From positions 18,918-82,917 of the forward strand of contig JAZSBH010000039.1 in assembly GCA_045602325.1 (NCBI GenBank): a DNA stretch of 64,000 bases, given 5' to 3'. The position numbers and the translations under genes are program-made. The notes below the pieces were generated by a model, which saw only the letters and a program-made list of their open reading frames with translations, searched no databases and was not told where the DNA came from. Below are positions 9,465 through 18,790 of the stretch, piece after piece (position 1 is the first letter of the stretch; each line of letters opens with the position of its first letter). The DNA comes from Eubacteriales bacterium. Lineage in GTDB: Bacteria; Bacillota; Clostridia; Oscillospirales; CAG-272.

Positions 9465-9507
9465 AAAAAAATACCGACGGAGTTTTCGATTCCGTCGGTA
9501 TTTTTTC
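9465..9507. terminator. bidirectional intrinsic terminator
   Basis: ATACCGACGGA (9471-9481) pairs with TCCGTCGGTAT (9491-9501). Flanked by an A-run upstream and a T-run downstream. Sits between the convergent permease and rimI genes. Confidence 0.85.
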
Positions 9508-10021
9508 ATTTGATCTTACAAACCATGACCAAAGCATCCTCAGTAGGCTTTTGGTAGAACCCCTTGCGGCGTCCCATTTCCACAAATCCCGCCTCCTTGT
9601 AGAGGTTAATGGCGGCGGTGTTGGACGCGCGAACCTCCAAAGATACCGAATCCAGCCTGGCGTCCTTGGCATGGCGGAGCAGGGAACGGACAATGGCGGA
9701 GCCAAGCCCTTGGCGACGATGGTCGGGATGTACCGCAATGTTGGTGATCTGTCCTTCATCCACCGTGATGAGCATACCTCCGTAAGCAGTTACCACGGGC
9801 TCGGTATTGGGAGCGGCAGGAGTGAGGCAGAGGTAGCCAACACCAATGCCCTCGTTTGTCAGAAGTTCCAGACTCTGGGCACTCCAGGGACTGGAGAAGC
9901 AGAGTTTTTCCAGCGTGGCGGCTCCCTCCAGATGTGCGGGAATCTTTTGCATTTTGACGGGATGGAGCTTGGGACGTTTGGGCTTTTGTCCCTCGGTAGG
10001 AGTATGGATCGTATCAGTCAT
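9506..10021 (-). CDS. rimI: ribosomal-protein-alanine N-acetyltransferase (GNAT)
   Basis: 171 aa from the ATG at 10021 (AGAAAGGAA SD). GNAT acetyl-CoA motif RRQGLGSAIVRSLL. RimI-like length and pattern. The track start at 10123 would overlap the upstream gene. Confidence 0.75.
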   Translation of the reverse strand: MTDTIHTPTEGQKPKRPKLHPVKMQKIPAHLEGAATLEKLCFSSPWSAQSLELLTNEGIGVGYLCLTPAAPNTEPVVTAYGGMLITVDEGQITNIAVHPDHRRQGLGSAIVRSLLRHAKDARLDSVSLEVRASNTAAINLYKEAGFVEMGRRKGFYQKPTEDALVMVCKIK

Positions 10022-10058
10022 GTCGGATTCCTTTCTGATTTCGGCGTTAGGCTGACAA

Positions 10059-10700
10059 TTATTCCAGTCCCAATGCGGTGTGGATGTCGTCGTCAACGGG
10101 GACAAATTGCTGGTCAAAGGCATTGTACAGGAAATACTTGCCGTAGGATTTGTCTTCGATTTTCAGATCGTCGGCGTATTCCACGTAGGTCAGCGTATAG
10201 TAGAATCCGGGATAGTTCACGGACTCAAACCGCACCTTGTAGCTTCGCAGGGGCGTTGTACCGGGATAGGGAATGGACTCTCCCTCGGTGTAGTCGTTGA
10301 CCAGCGAAGAAACGACTACCGCATCCTCTATGCGCTTGATCTCATGGGAATCGGTGCATACGCGGAGGATGGTGGGCATCATCTGCATCAAGGTGGGCAT
10401 ATCGATATCGGAGGCATAGACGATATTGAAATCCTCGGTCGCCAGCATTTCGGTGGGATCCATGCCGGGGATGGTATAGAGGGTGTAGGATTCGGTATCG
10501 GTGACGGTCAGTTTACCGTATTCTTTGATCAGGGAGATGGCTTCGTATACAGGGGAGGCGTGACAGTAGGAAATGTCGTTCTTTTTATCGTAAAGACCGT
10601 TATCTCCGGATTGCAGGGTAACCTTGCAGGCGGTCATGGACATGGCACAAAGCAGGGAAGTCAGCCCGACCAAAAGGGCTTTTTTGATTACAGATCTCAT
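10059..10700 (-). CDS. hypothetical lipoprotein
   Basis: 213 aa. Signal peptide with lipobox MTAC. AAAGGAA SD 7 nt upstream. I recognise no family. Confidence 0.7.
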   Translation of the reverse strand: MRSVIKKALLVGLTSLLCAMSMTACKVTLQSGDNGLYDKKNDISYCHASPVYEAISLIKEYGKLTVTDTESYTLYTIPGMDPTEMLATEDFNIVYASDIDMPTLMQMMPTILRVCTDSHEIKRIEDAVVVSSLVNDYTEGESIPYPGTTPLRSYKVRFESVNYPGFYYTLTYVEYADDLKIEDKSYGKYFLYNAFDQQFVPVDDDIHTALGLE

Positions 10701-10718
10701 GCTGGATTCCTTTCTGGA

Positions 10719-11210
10719 TCAGTATCCGAAAACACCGGAGAGGGAGTCGTCGTCGTCGATCCACTCCTGTACGTTAATGACACGGTATTCGGTGGGGGTA
10801 TCGCGGATGACCACCTTAGCGATGCCGGCGTTGAGGATCATGCGCTTGCACATCATGCAGTTGTTGGTGCCGGCTACGAGACTTCCATCCTTGGGGTCGG
10901 TGCAGACCATGTAGAGGGTACCGCCCAGCATCTGATCGCGGGAGGCGTTGATAATGGCGTTGGCCTCCGAGTGGATGGAACGGCACATCTCGTAGCGCTC
11001 ACCGCGGGGGATGTTCAGCTTGTCCCGCATGCAGTACGCAATATCAATGCAGTTCTTCCGTCCCCGGGGGGCACCGTTGTAGCCGGTGGACAGAATGACG
11101 TCGTTCTTGACAATGATAGCCCCGTACCGCTTACGCAGACAGGTGCAACGCTCCGCCACGGTTTGGGCAATATCCAGATAGTAGTTTTCTTTAGAAACAC
11201 GATCAGCCAT
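10719..11210 (-). CDS. comEB: deoxycytidylate (dCMP) deaminase, ComEB-like
   Basis: 163 aa from the ATG at 11210 (GGAGG 6 nt upstream). Zinc motifs HSEANAI and NCMMCKRM (CxxC). Confidence 0.85.
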   Translation of the reverse strand: MADRVSKENYYLDIAQTVAERCTCLRKRYGAIIVKNDVILSTGYNGAPRGRKNCIDIAYCMRDKLNIPRGERYEMCRSIHSEANAIINASRDQMLGGTLYMVCTDPKDGSLVAGTNNCMMCKRMILNAGIAKVVIRDTPTEYRVINVQEWIDDDDSLSGVFGY

Positions 11211-11317
11211 GTTGACCTCCAAGATATGTATTTCGAGGGTAACGATCATTCATTTTATCATTGTACCACATTTCCGTGAACAAATCAAGCATATTGCGAG
11301 AATTGTGTGAGAATTTT

Positions 11318-11352
11318 CAAGAAAAAGGGCATTTTCCGTGGAAAATACCCTT
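11318..11352 (-). terminator. intrinsic terminator after the MFS transporter gene
   Basis: The minus strand forms an ~11-bp stem (AAGGGTATTTT / AAAATGCCCTT, with one G-U pair), followed by TTTTTC. Confidence 0.7.
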
Positions 11353-11361
11353 TGCTTGGTA

Positions 11362-12726
11362 TTAAGCCCGCTCGGTATCGAGATCGGGCTCCAGTCTCTT
11401 ACGGCCGATCAGCACGTAAGCAATAATGATGAATTCCACCACGCCGCAGATCATGGTGAGGAGCGGTGTACCCGTGGTGTAGGTATACCCGAAGGCCGTA
11501 AATGAGAAATCCTTGGTCAACTCGGTAAACACAATGCCAAATAGCATGCCCGCCATAGACCCCAGATTGAAAATAATCTGGTAGAAGGACGTAAAGCAGT
11601 CCCGATTGGTCAGAGGCATATTGATATACTGGAAATTGGCGAAAGCCACGTTGTGTCCGGTTCCGGCAAAATGCTGGGGAAGGCGGACAGCAAGAACTAG
11701 GGGCACGTATAGGGGAATAGACATGACTGCGGTTCCGATGGTCAGTTCAAAGTTTCCGGGTTGTACGAAACCGTACAGGATCTGCAAAGGGGCTACGATC
11801 AGGAGGGAAATGCCGAACACCCTGAACCACGATGTTTTTTCGATCCGTCTCCGCCAGTAGTTCATGAACAGCATGAAGAAGGGCCCGTACAGGAAAATGA
11901 TAATGTTGTAGAAGGTCTGGGTCATGCCGATGGTGTCCAGCAGGTAATAGTTGAGCTGGGAGGAGTAGCAGTACAGGGAGAACTGCCACAGGAAAACCAC
12001 CAGCATGGTACGCATGAATTTCTTGTGCTTCAAAGGAATCGAAACGATATCCGCAAATTTTGGCGTGCGGATGACGGGGTATTCCACTTCATTGGGGAGG
12101 AGGAGGAAGATGACGTTGATCACACCCAGACCGAAGGCAAAGTAACGCAGGGCCAGAACGAACCAGTCGTCCAGATGATCGCATAGCCACCCTGCCGAGA
12201 GCATCAGCACGCCGGAAATGATGGCGTTGAGGAATTGGCTCACGGTCATGTGGTAGGCGCGCACCTCCTCGGGTTGAAAGCGAATGTGCCAGGCGGAATA
12301 TCCCGCTGTCGCAATGATATTGAACAAGGAGGAAAGGAAGGTGACGGCGATCATGCAGATGAGCAAGGTGCTGTAATCCTTGATGATAGCGGGGAGAACT
12401 GTCAGTCCCGCCACGTTCAGAACATAGTAAAGGAGCTTGCACACCGCCAACAGCCACCGCCGCTTGGGGAAGTGGTTCAGGAGTCCTGGTGTAAAGAACA
12501 CGAACATGGAGGCCAGGAAGGGAATGAAATTCAAAATGCCAACACCCGTAATGTCCACCCCATAGCTCTGCAGGAACTGTGTATAGAAGATACCCGAGGT
12601 TATGTAGACTAAAAAATATTCCACCAAGGTGTAGATCAGCACGCAGACCCGTCCCTTGGCATCGGGGTCGCGGAAGTTGTAAACTCGACGGAATTTTGAA
12701 AGTGTAGCGCTCACGGCAAAGACCAT
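11362..12726 (-). CDS. MFS-type transporter
   Basis: 454 aa with about 12 hydrophobic segments. No clear SD at the ATG. Substrate unknown. Confidence 0.75.
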   Translation of the reverse strand: MVFAVSATLSKFRRVYNFRDPDAKGRVCVLIYTLVEYFLVYITSGIFYTQFLQSYGVDITGVGILNFIPFLASMFVFFTPGLLNHFPKRRWLLAVCKLLYYVLNVAGLTVLPAIIKDYSTLLICMIAVTFLSSLFNIIATAGYSAWHIRFQPEEVRAYHMTVSQFLNAIISGVLMLSAGWLCDHLDDWFVLALRYFAFGLGVINVIFLLLPNEVEYPVIRTPKFADIVSIPLKHKKFMRTMLVVFLWQFSLYCYSSQLNYYLLDTIGMTQTFYNIIIFLYGPFFMLFMNYWRRRIEKTSWFRVFGISLLIVAPLQILYGFVQPGNFELTIGTAVMSIPLYVPLVLAVRLPQHFAGTGHNVAFANFQYINMPLTNRDCFTSFYQIIFNLGSMAGMLFGIVFTELTKDFSFTAFGYTYTTGTPLLTMICGVVEFIIIAYVLIGRKRLEPDLDTERA

Positions 12727-12760
12727 CCTATCTGTGGGAATGATGATTCCAAATCATCTA

Positions 12761-12789
12761 ATTATACTTGATTTTGGATGGATTTTCAA
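12761..12789 (-). promoter_or_regulatory. sigma-A type promoter for the MFS gene
   Basis: Minus strand reads TTGAAA, 17 nt, TATAAT. Confidence 0.45.
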
Positions 12790-12914
12790 TGGGCACATCC
12801 ACCAACTTTCACCATTGAATTTTGCCAATGTTGTACAAGGAAACAAAGGGATATTGCACAAACGGCAACATCCCTCGGTTCTTTTGTATTTGCACGAGTT
12901 CTTATACTATGTGT

Positions 12915-13766
12915 CTAAAAACGTCTTGCATATCCGCATCGGCGGCAAAGCACCTCGGTAGCGCATCGGCGTTGAAATCCCTCTCGCATGGCCTGTGCAC
13001 GGGGGGATAACAAAATATCCTCCACAGGTGCTTCAAAGATATTCCCCAAGGCGATGGCTCCCTCCCGATCCAGGCAACAGGGAACCACTCTGCCGTCGCA
13101 CAGAATGGCGAAATGATTCTTGAGGCCGTAGCAGAATACGCCGTTGCCTCGGTCAGTAGCTTCCATATCCGGCCACTCAAAACGGTCGCCGTACTCCAGA
13201 TGGAGCTTATCCCGCAGTCGTGCCCCACGAGCGGAGAATTTCCAAGGAGTTTCTTCGGTATCAGGAAAACGGGTGCGGAGATAGTCCAGCGTGCGCGTGT
13301 TATTGCCTCCAAGAGCCTGCCCGTGGCCGTCCAGGTTCCAGAGACGGAGCACCGTAAGCACACCGTTTTTCGAGGCGTAGTCGGCAAAATCCAAAAGTCC
13401 GTCAAGGTATTTTTCGAGGGCCTCACCGTCCTCTCCGTCCTCAAAGCTGTGGACAGAAATATTGACCTTGTACACCCCCGCCTCCACCAATTCCTTGCCA
13501 TGGGAGGGAAGCAAGGTTCCGTTGGTGGTGATGGCCGATTTGAAGCCCTTGTCCTTGGCTAAACGGATAAAATCGGGGAGCTGCGGATGGGTCAGAGGCT
13601 CCCCCATGACGTGGTAGTAGATATATTCGGTCACCCCACGGAGTCGGTCGGCGACGGTGTCAAACTCCGCAAGGCTCATGCGGCGGTGAGGCCGCACCGT
13701 CCCGGGACAGAATGAGCATGAGCGGTTGCAGATATTCGTGATTTCAACGTAAACGCGGGAATACAT
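12915..13766 (-). CDS. radical SAM/SPASM domain protein
   Basis: 283 aa from the ATG at 13766 (AGGAG SD). CNRSCSFC (Cx3Cx2C) at residues 11-18. C-terminal Cys cluster (CDGRVVPCC, CRRCG) typical of SPASM/twitch domains. Confidence 0.8.
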   Translation of the reverse strand: MYSRVYVEITNICNRSCSFCPGTVRPHRRMSLAEFDTVADRLRGVTEYIYYHVMGEPLTHPQLPDFIRLAKDKGFKSAITTNGTLLPSHGKELVEAGVYKVNISVHSFEDGEDGEALEKYLDGLLDFADYASKNGVLTVLRLWNLDGHGQALGGNNTRTLDYLRTRFPDTEETPWKFSARGARLRDKLHLEYGDRFEWPDMEATDRGNGVFCYGLKNHFAILCDGRVVPCCLDREGAIALGNIFEAPVEDILLSPRAQAMREGFQRRCATEVLCRRCGYARRF

Positions 13767-13856
13767 AGAGGCTCCTGCTTTCATAAGATATAGGTTATTA
13801 TAGCACATCCGCTCACGGTTGTCAACTCCATCCGGCCGTAAGTTTACGTACCCCTA

Positions 13857-13885
13857 TTGACAAAAATCCTGTCCTGTGCTACAAT
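13857..13885 (+). promoter_or_regulatory. sigma-A type promoter for the M28 peptidase gene
   Basis: TTGACA (13857-13862), 17 nt, TGcTACAAT extended -10 ending at 13885. Confidence 0.6.
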
Positions 13886-13909
13886 ATTGACAGAATATGA
13901 AAGGGGGAT

Positions 13910-14866
13910 ATGCCCGTGACCGAAACCACCAAGGCCATATTCGAGAAATACGAGATCCGTAAATCCCGTAAGCAAAAGACAGCGTTCATTGAATACGTGC
14001 AATCTACCGCTACCGATATGGGCTACGAGTCCCACACCGAGAAGGGCTACTTCGGTGCCCGCAACATTATCGTCGGTAATCCCGATAAAGCAAAAGTTAT
14101 TTATACTGCCCATTACGATACCTGCGCGGTCATGCCCTTTCCCAACTTCATCACCCCCAAAAGCATCGGTATTTATCTGCTCTACCAGATTCTTTTGACA
14201 GTTGTTCTTCTGGGTGTCCCCGCTCTGATGACAATGGGAATCAGAGCTTTGCTCGTTGATCTTTTATCTGTTTCCGAGGAACTGTTACCCGTCATTCTCT
14301 ACTACTGCTGGCTCATACTCATCATAGGCGAAATGTGGGTACTCATGGCCGGCCCTGCTAATAAGCACACCGCCAACGACAACACCTCGGGTGTCACCAC
14401 CCTTCTGGACATTATGAACACCCTCCCCGAAGATCTTCGCGGGGACGTCTCCTTCATCTTCTTTGACCTGGAGGAAATGGGACTCTTTGGCTCGGCAGGC
14501 TATGCCAATCAGCACAAGAGCATCATGAAGAATACCCTCTTGCTCAACTTCGACTGTGTCTCCGATGGTGACACCATTCTGTTTGCCGTTCGTAAGGGCG
14601 CAAAAGAGTATGCACCTGCCATCGAAGCCGCCTTCCCCACCTCAGAAACCCGCCGTGTCGAGGTGGTTTCCAAAGGTGTTTTCTACCCCTCCGATCAAGC
14701 CAATTTTGCCCGTGGCGTGGGTGTGGCCGCCCTAAAACAGTCCAAAGGAGGCATCCTTTACATGGATCGCATCCATACCAAGCGGGATACCGTCTATGAG
14801 GAAGGGAATATCGCCTACCTGACTGAGGGGGCTGTCCAATTAGTGCAGTCCTTGCATGAATCCTGA
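13910..14866 (+). CDS. M28-family metallopeptidase with membrane-spanning insert
   Basis: 318 aa. AHYDT, NDNTSGV and FFDLEEMGLFGS motifs. Hydrophobic block at residues ~90-150. Confidence 0.75.
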   Translation: MPVTETTKAIFEKYEIRKSRKQKTAFIEYVQSTATDMGYESHTEKGYFGARNIIVGNPDKAKVIYTAHYDTCAVMPFPNFITPKSIGIYLLYQILLTVVLLGVPALMTMGIRALLVDLLSVSEELLPVILYYCWLILIIGEMWVLMAGPANKHTANDNTSGVTTLLDIMNTLPEDLRGDVSFIFFDLEEMGLFGSAGYANQHKSIMKNTLLLNFDCVSDGDTILFAVRKGAKEYAPAIEAAFPTSETRRVEVVSKGVFYPSDQANFARGVGVAALKQSKGGILYMDRIHTKRDTVYEEGNIAYLTEGAVQLVQSLHES

Positions 14867-14868
14867 TC

Positions 14869-14913
14869 AAAAAAGCGTATGCTCCGTCTCCGGAACATAC
14901 GCATTTTGTTTTT
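14869..14913. terminator. bidirectional intrinsic terminator
   Basis: GCGTATGCTCC (14875-14885) pairs with GGAACATACGC (14892-14902), one mismatch. A-run upstream, TTTTGTTTTT downstream. Lies between convergent genes. Confidence 0.75.
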
Positions 14914-14925
14914 CGCGGTCAGCGA

Positions 14926-16155
14926 TTATCTTGCCGTAATCAGCACGCCCTCATTGGACTTTACTGCCACGGCATACAGCCCGTCGCCCAAGTCCACTAC
15001 GGGCTTATACCCGTTGCCACCCAGAGCGCGGATACAGCGATCGGGGGCTCGGAAGGTGATGTTGTACTCCTTGGGGGCGTTTTCATGGGGGTCATCTGCG
15101 GTACAGATCATCAAAGCAACCGATCCGTCAGACTTGCGGTTGACCATCTCACCGATGACCAGAGGCGCGCCGTTATCGGCTTTTACATCGAAGAAGATAC
15201 CCGTGGACAGGGACTCGATGGCATCCTGCTTCACAGCGGCCATGTCGGGGTGTCCCTTGAATCCCACAAAATGGGTGGACACGCGGCGGTACTTCATGTA
15301 CTCGTCGGCTATGGTGCGGATCTCGGCGTTGATCTTCTTCAGCTTGTCGTACTGCGGGGTCTTGTTGCCCTCGGCGTCCAGCACCTGATTGTGCCACCAT
15401 CCGGCGGTGTAGCAGGCCCAGATGATGTTCTCGGCACCGAAGGCCATGGAGGTGTAGGCCTGGAAGCGGAGGTTGTTCTCGCTCATCCACTCTTCGGGCT
15501 TGTTGGAATTGACCTGGAGCACGATCCACATGCTCCGCCCCGTGTTTCGACAGGCATCCGCGACAACCCGCAGATTTTCGTAGTGCTTGGTGACGTTGAT
15601 GGAGTAGAGGTAGAAGTCGTAGCAGAGGTAATCCACGGGGATATTCTCGCAGTATTTCTGAATATGCTCGTCGTAGGTGGCGGTACCCAGCTGGTTGACC
15701 GTTTCTTGGGCGTTGTTCTGGGAAACCGAAGCGTAATTGGGGTAGAGATTCAGGTAGGCGAACTGGCTCGGGAAGGCGCGGCCCACGTAGTCCATGACTC
15801 GACCGTAGTAGGGGAAGTCCAGCGCGGAGGGCTCGTCGCCCACGTCGATGCCCCAAATGGCGGGATGATCGGTGAAGGCGGCCGCGGCGGCCTCGTACTT
15901 CTCCAGAGGGTTGGTCTCGGCCAACTTGCCCGCGTTGTTTCCGTCACCGCCCCACCAGCCGGGGACAATGCCCGAGACGATGGCGCCCACGCCGTACTTG
16001 TGGAAGAGATCCAGAGCGGGGCGGTCGTTGTCCATGCAGACCACGAAATCAATGCCGCAGTCGGCCACTTCCTTGATATGAGCCTCGGTGCGGGCGTAGG
16101 GTCTCAGGTGGTAAACGCCGATATTCAGGCGGTTGCGGTCCATGCGTTTGTTCAT
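14926..16155 (-). CDS. putative glycoside-hydrolase-like TIM-barrel protein
   Basis: 409 aa. AAGGAG SD 8 nt upstream. No signal peptide. The function call rests on general resemblance to (beta/alpha)8 glycosidases and is weak. Confidence 0.45.
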   Translation of the reverse strand: MNKRMDRNRLNIGVYHLRPYARTEAHIKEVADCGIDFVVCMDNDRPALDLFHKYGVGAIVSGIVPGWWGGDGNNAGKLAETNPLEKYEAAAAAFTDHPAIWGIDVGDEPSALDFPYYGRVMDYVGRAFPSQFAYLNLYPNYASVSQNNAQETVNQLGTATYDEHIQKYCENIPVDYLCYDFYLYSINVTKHYENLRVVADACRNTGRSMWIVLQVNSNKPEEWMSENNLRFQAYTSMAFGAENIIWACYTAGWWHNQVLDAEGNKTPQYDKLKKINAEIRTIADEYMKYRRVSTHFVGFKGHPDMAAVKQDAIESLSTGIFFDVKADNGAPLVIGEMVNRKSDGSVALMICTADDPHENAPKEYNITFRAPDRCIRALGGNGYKPVVDLGDGLYAVAVKSNEGVLITAR

Positions 16156-16175
16156 GGTGATTCTCCTTTCGGTGT

Positions 16176-16625
16176 TTAGTCTGTACTGTAATCGAAGGTG
16201 ATCAAGCTGATTCCTTCTTTTTTCATCAAGACTTTGAATTGATCCTTCTTTTTTCTTTGTGCCTTAACAAAGCAGTGCATACGGTATTTGGTTGCTGGGG
16301 TCTTGACAGTCATATCAAAAGACCCGTTTCCGTCGTTCATTGTGATTTGGATGATGTCGGTCAGCGGGATCTCGACCGATGTTTTCTTATGTAGAATCAG
16401 TTTTCCATCCGTTACCTCGATGGCAATGCCGTCCTTTCGGATCGTGATGATAAACATGACCGTCATAACGGCGGCAAATCCGATGGCCATCACGATTCTG
16501 CCCCCCAAAAAACTATCCGGCCAATAGATCACCGACAGAATGAGCGCGACCGGGATGATAACGGTCATGACCAGGAACATCCAAGCGGAATGCTTGGTGT
16601 AATGGGCTTCGAATTGCTTTTGCAT
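16176..16625 (-). CDS. hypothetical membrane protein (two TM helices plus small C-terminal domain)
   Basis: 149 aa from the ATG at 16625 (GAGGAG SD). The upstream gene's stop lies 2 nt before this ATG. Confidence 0.6.
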   Translation of the reverse strand: MQKQFEAHYTKHSAWMFLVMTVIIPVALILSVIYWPDSFLGGRIVMAIGFAAVMTVMFIITIRKDGIAIEVTDGKLILHKKTSVEIPLTDIIQITMNDGNGSFDMTVKTPATKYRMHCFVKAQRKKKDQFKVLMKKEGISLITFDYSTD

Positions 16626-16627
16626 GA

Positions 16628-17923
16628 TCACTCCTCGGAAGTCGTCAGACGGTAGGAAACCTCCTGCTCCTGCCCGCACTTGACGGTGACGTGGAGATAC
16701 TTATCCCCTACGCGCAGATTGCCGATGGAGACGGTCTCCCCATCCAGCTCGCGGGGCATACAGGGGGTGACGGTCACCGTATCGGTCACCGCGTCGTAGC
16801 GGATGCCGAACAGCACCTCCGCAATGAGGTGGATGTACTCCGATGCCGACCAGCCGTAGCGAAGCACGCCGTGACCCTCTCCCGTGGAGGGGCTGATGAA
16901 CTCGGCGTAGTTGCCGTTGAAGGTGCGGACGGTCTGGAGGGCGATGTGGGAAGCCTCCTCGCGGAGCCCCGCCTCCAGCAGTCCCGTGGCGATGATGCGG
17001 TTGCGGAAGGTCCAGATGTTGCCGCTCCAGCTGGGGTAGCCTTGGTACACGCCCACCGTCTCTACGTAGCGATCGCAGGTCTTGGCCATGGTGGTGATGC
17101 CCCATTGACTGTCATAGCCGAAGAGGGAATCATCCTTCAAAAGCTTCAGAAGCCCCTCGCGGCGGTCAAGGGGGATGATCCCCCGCTTGAACACGTCGAA
17201 CATGGAGTTGTAGACCTGCTCGGTGAGCAGACGCTCCTCCTCCACCAGCCAGGCGTAGTAGCCTCCGTCGGCGGGGTCATAAAGCCAGCGGTTGATGGCA
17301 TCCCGCACCTCGGCAAAGAGGGAACGGTAGCGGTCAGCGGCGGCGGTGTCCCCCAGACGGGTGGCCATTTCCGCCAGTACGTCGGCACCCACGGCCACCT
17401 GCACGTTGAGGTCGGGCTGGGCCACCGTGAGCTGCTCATGGATATCCGAGGGGTCTGCCTCCTCGAAGATGCCGCAGACAAGACCTGTCTTGGGGTCTCG
17501 CTTGAGGGGGGACAGCCACCAATCCATGTACCTCGCCAGCATATGGTAGATGCGGCGGACGTAGTTCTCGTCGGTGGTCTCGCGGCAGATGTAGGCGGCC
17601 ACCTCAAAGATCACGGGGATGGCGCTCAGCTCGATATCGTAATCCAGAACACGGTCGAAGCCGTAGAGGGGAATGCGGCCGTTTTCCTTCTGCACGAAGG
17701 TGAAATTATCCAGGGCGATGCGGCAGTAGTCGGGATCCAGCCAGCGATAGCCCAGAAGGGTCAGAGCGGTGTCCCGCTCCCACCAGCAGTTGCCGTACTG
17801 CCCGCCCGGCCCCATGAAGGGGTAGGGGAAGCCCAGGGCGGGGGTGGACTTGCATTCCTCCAGGACGGCAAAGGCATCCGTGAATTGCTCTTGAGTGATG
17901 CCGGGAAAAGAGAGCTTCAGCAT
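16628..17923 (-). CDS. six-hairpin (alpha/alpha)6 glycosidase-like protein (GH63/GH37/MGH1-like)
   Basis: 431 aa. AAGGAG SD. Cytoplasmic. Family call is from overall sequence pattern recalled from trehalase/mannosylglycerate-hydrolase-like proteins. Confidence 0.55.
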   Translation of the reverse strand: MLKLSFPGITQEQFTDAFAVLEECKSTPALGFPYPFMGPGGQYGNCWWERDTALTLLGYRWLDPDYCRIALDNFTFVQKENGRIPLYGFDRVLDYDIELSAIPVIFEVAAYICRETTDENYVRRIYHMLARYMDWWLSPLKRDPKTGLVCGIFEEADPSDIHEQLTVAQPDLNVQVAVGADVLAEMATRLGDTAAADRYRSLFAEVRDAINRWLYDPADGGYYAWLVEEERLLTEQVYNSMFDVFKRGIIPLDRREGLLKLLKDDSLFGYDSQWGITTMAKTCDRYVETVGVYQGYPSWSGNIWTFRNRIIATGLLEAGLREEASHIALQTVRTFNGNYAEFISPSTGEGHGVLRYGWSASEYIHLIAEVLFGIRYDAVTDTVTVTPCMPRELDGETVSIGNLRVGDKYLHVTVKCGQEQEVSYRLTTSEE

Positions 17924-17986
17924 GATTGTGTCTCCTTATCATGAAATAAAGCGGCCTGCCAGATGACAAGCCGCCGGGGATGAAAA

Positions 17987-18736
17987 TTACTGATCAAACT
18001 TGTCCGACAGCTTGTACTGGATGCAGGGACAGCCGTTCTCAATGGGGTACACGATCTCGTTGGGCGCCGCCCACTTCACCGCGTTACAGATGATGCGTTG
18101 CACGTAGGTGTTGTAGAAGGAACGGCAGAACTCGTGGCCGGGCTGGAAGTAGAAGACCTTGCCCGCGCCGCGGTAGTAGCAGAGACCCGAACGGAAGATG
18201 AAGCCGTCCTCGTACCAGCCGCCGAAGACCAACTCGTCGGGCTGGGGCACGTAGAAGGGTTCGCAGTAGAGCTCCTCAAAGAGGGAGAAATGATCGGGAA
18301 TGCCGGCGGCGATGGGGTGGGCGGGGAGCAGATTCCAGATGATCTCGTTCTGGTCGCGACCCCAGGACAGGTTGCCGTTGGTGCCCACTACCTGCTTGAA
18401 TACCTTGGAGTGGTGACCCGAGTGCAAGACGATCAGGCCCATCTTGCCCATGTAAACACGTTGGCGGATTCGCTCCACCAAGCCGTCATCCACCTCATGG
18501 TGAGCCATGTGACCCCACCAGAGCAGGACGTCGGTCTCGTTCAGTACCTCATCGGGAAGTCCCTGATCGGGATCGTCCAGAGCGGCGAGACGAACGTTCA
18601 GGGTGGCATCGTCGGCTTCCAGGAAGGACATGATCAGGCCGTGGATACCGTTGGGATAGATAGCCTTGCAGGCTTCCTCCATCCGCTCGTGGCGGAACTC
18701 GTTCCAAACAACAACGTTGAGTTTCTTTTCGGACAT
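17987..18736 (-). CDS. ThuA-domain protein (trehalose-utilisation-like, class I glutamine amidotransferase fold)
   Basis: 249 aa from the ATG at 18736 (AAGGAG SD). Pattern VVVWNEFRHE..., WWGHMAHHEV, IVLHSGHHSK and FYFQPGHE is typical of ThuA. Confidence 0.75.
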   Translation of the reverse strand: MSEKKLNVVVWNEFRHERMEEACKAIYPNGIHGLIMSFLEADDATLNVRLAALDDPDQGLPDEVLNETDVLLWWGHMAHHEVDDGLVERIRQRVYMGKMGLIVLHSGHHSKVFKQVVGTNGNLSWGRDQNEIIWNLLPAHPIAAGIPDHFSLFEELYCEPFYVPQPDELVFGGWYEDGFIFRSGLCYYRGAGKVFYFQPGHEFCRSFYNTYVQRIICNAVKWAAPNEIVYPIENGCPCIQYKLSDKFDQ

Positions 18737-18790
18737 GGTAATATCTCCTTTATGTAAATTCAAAAAATGGGAACAGGTAAGAACGTGGGA

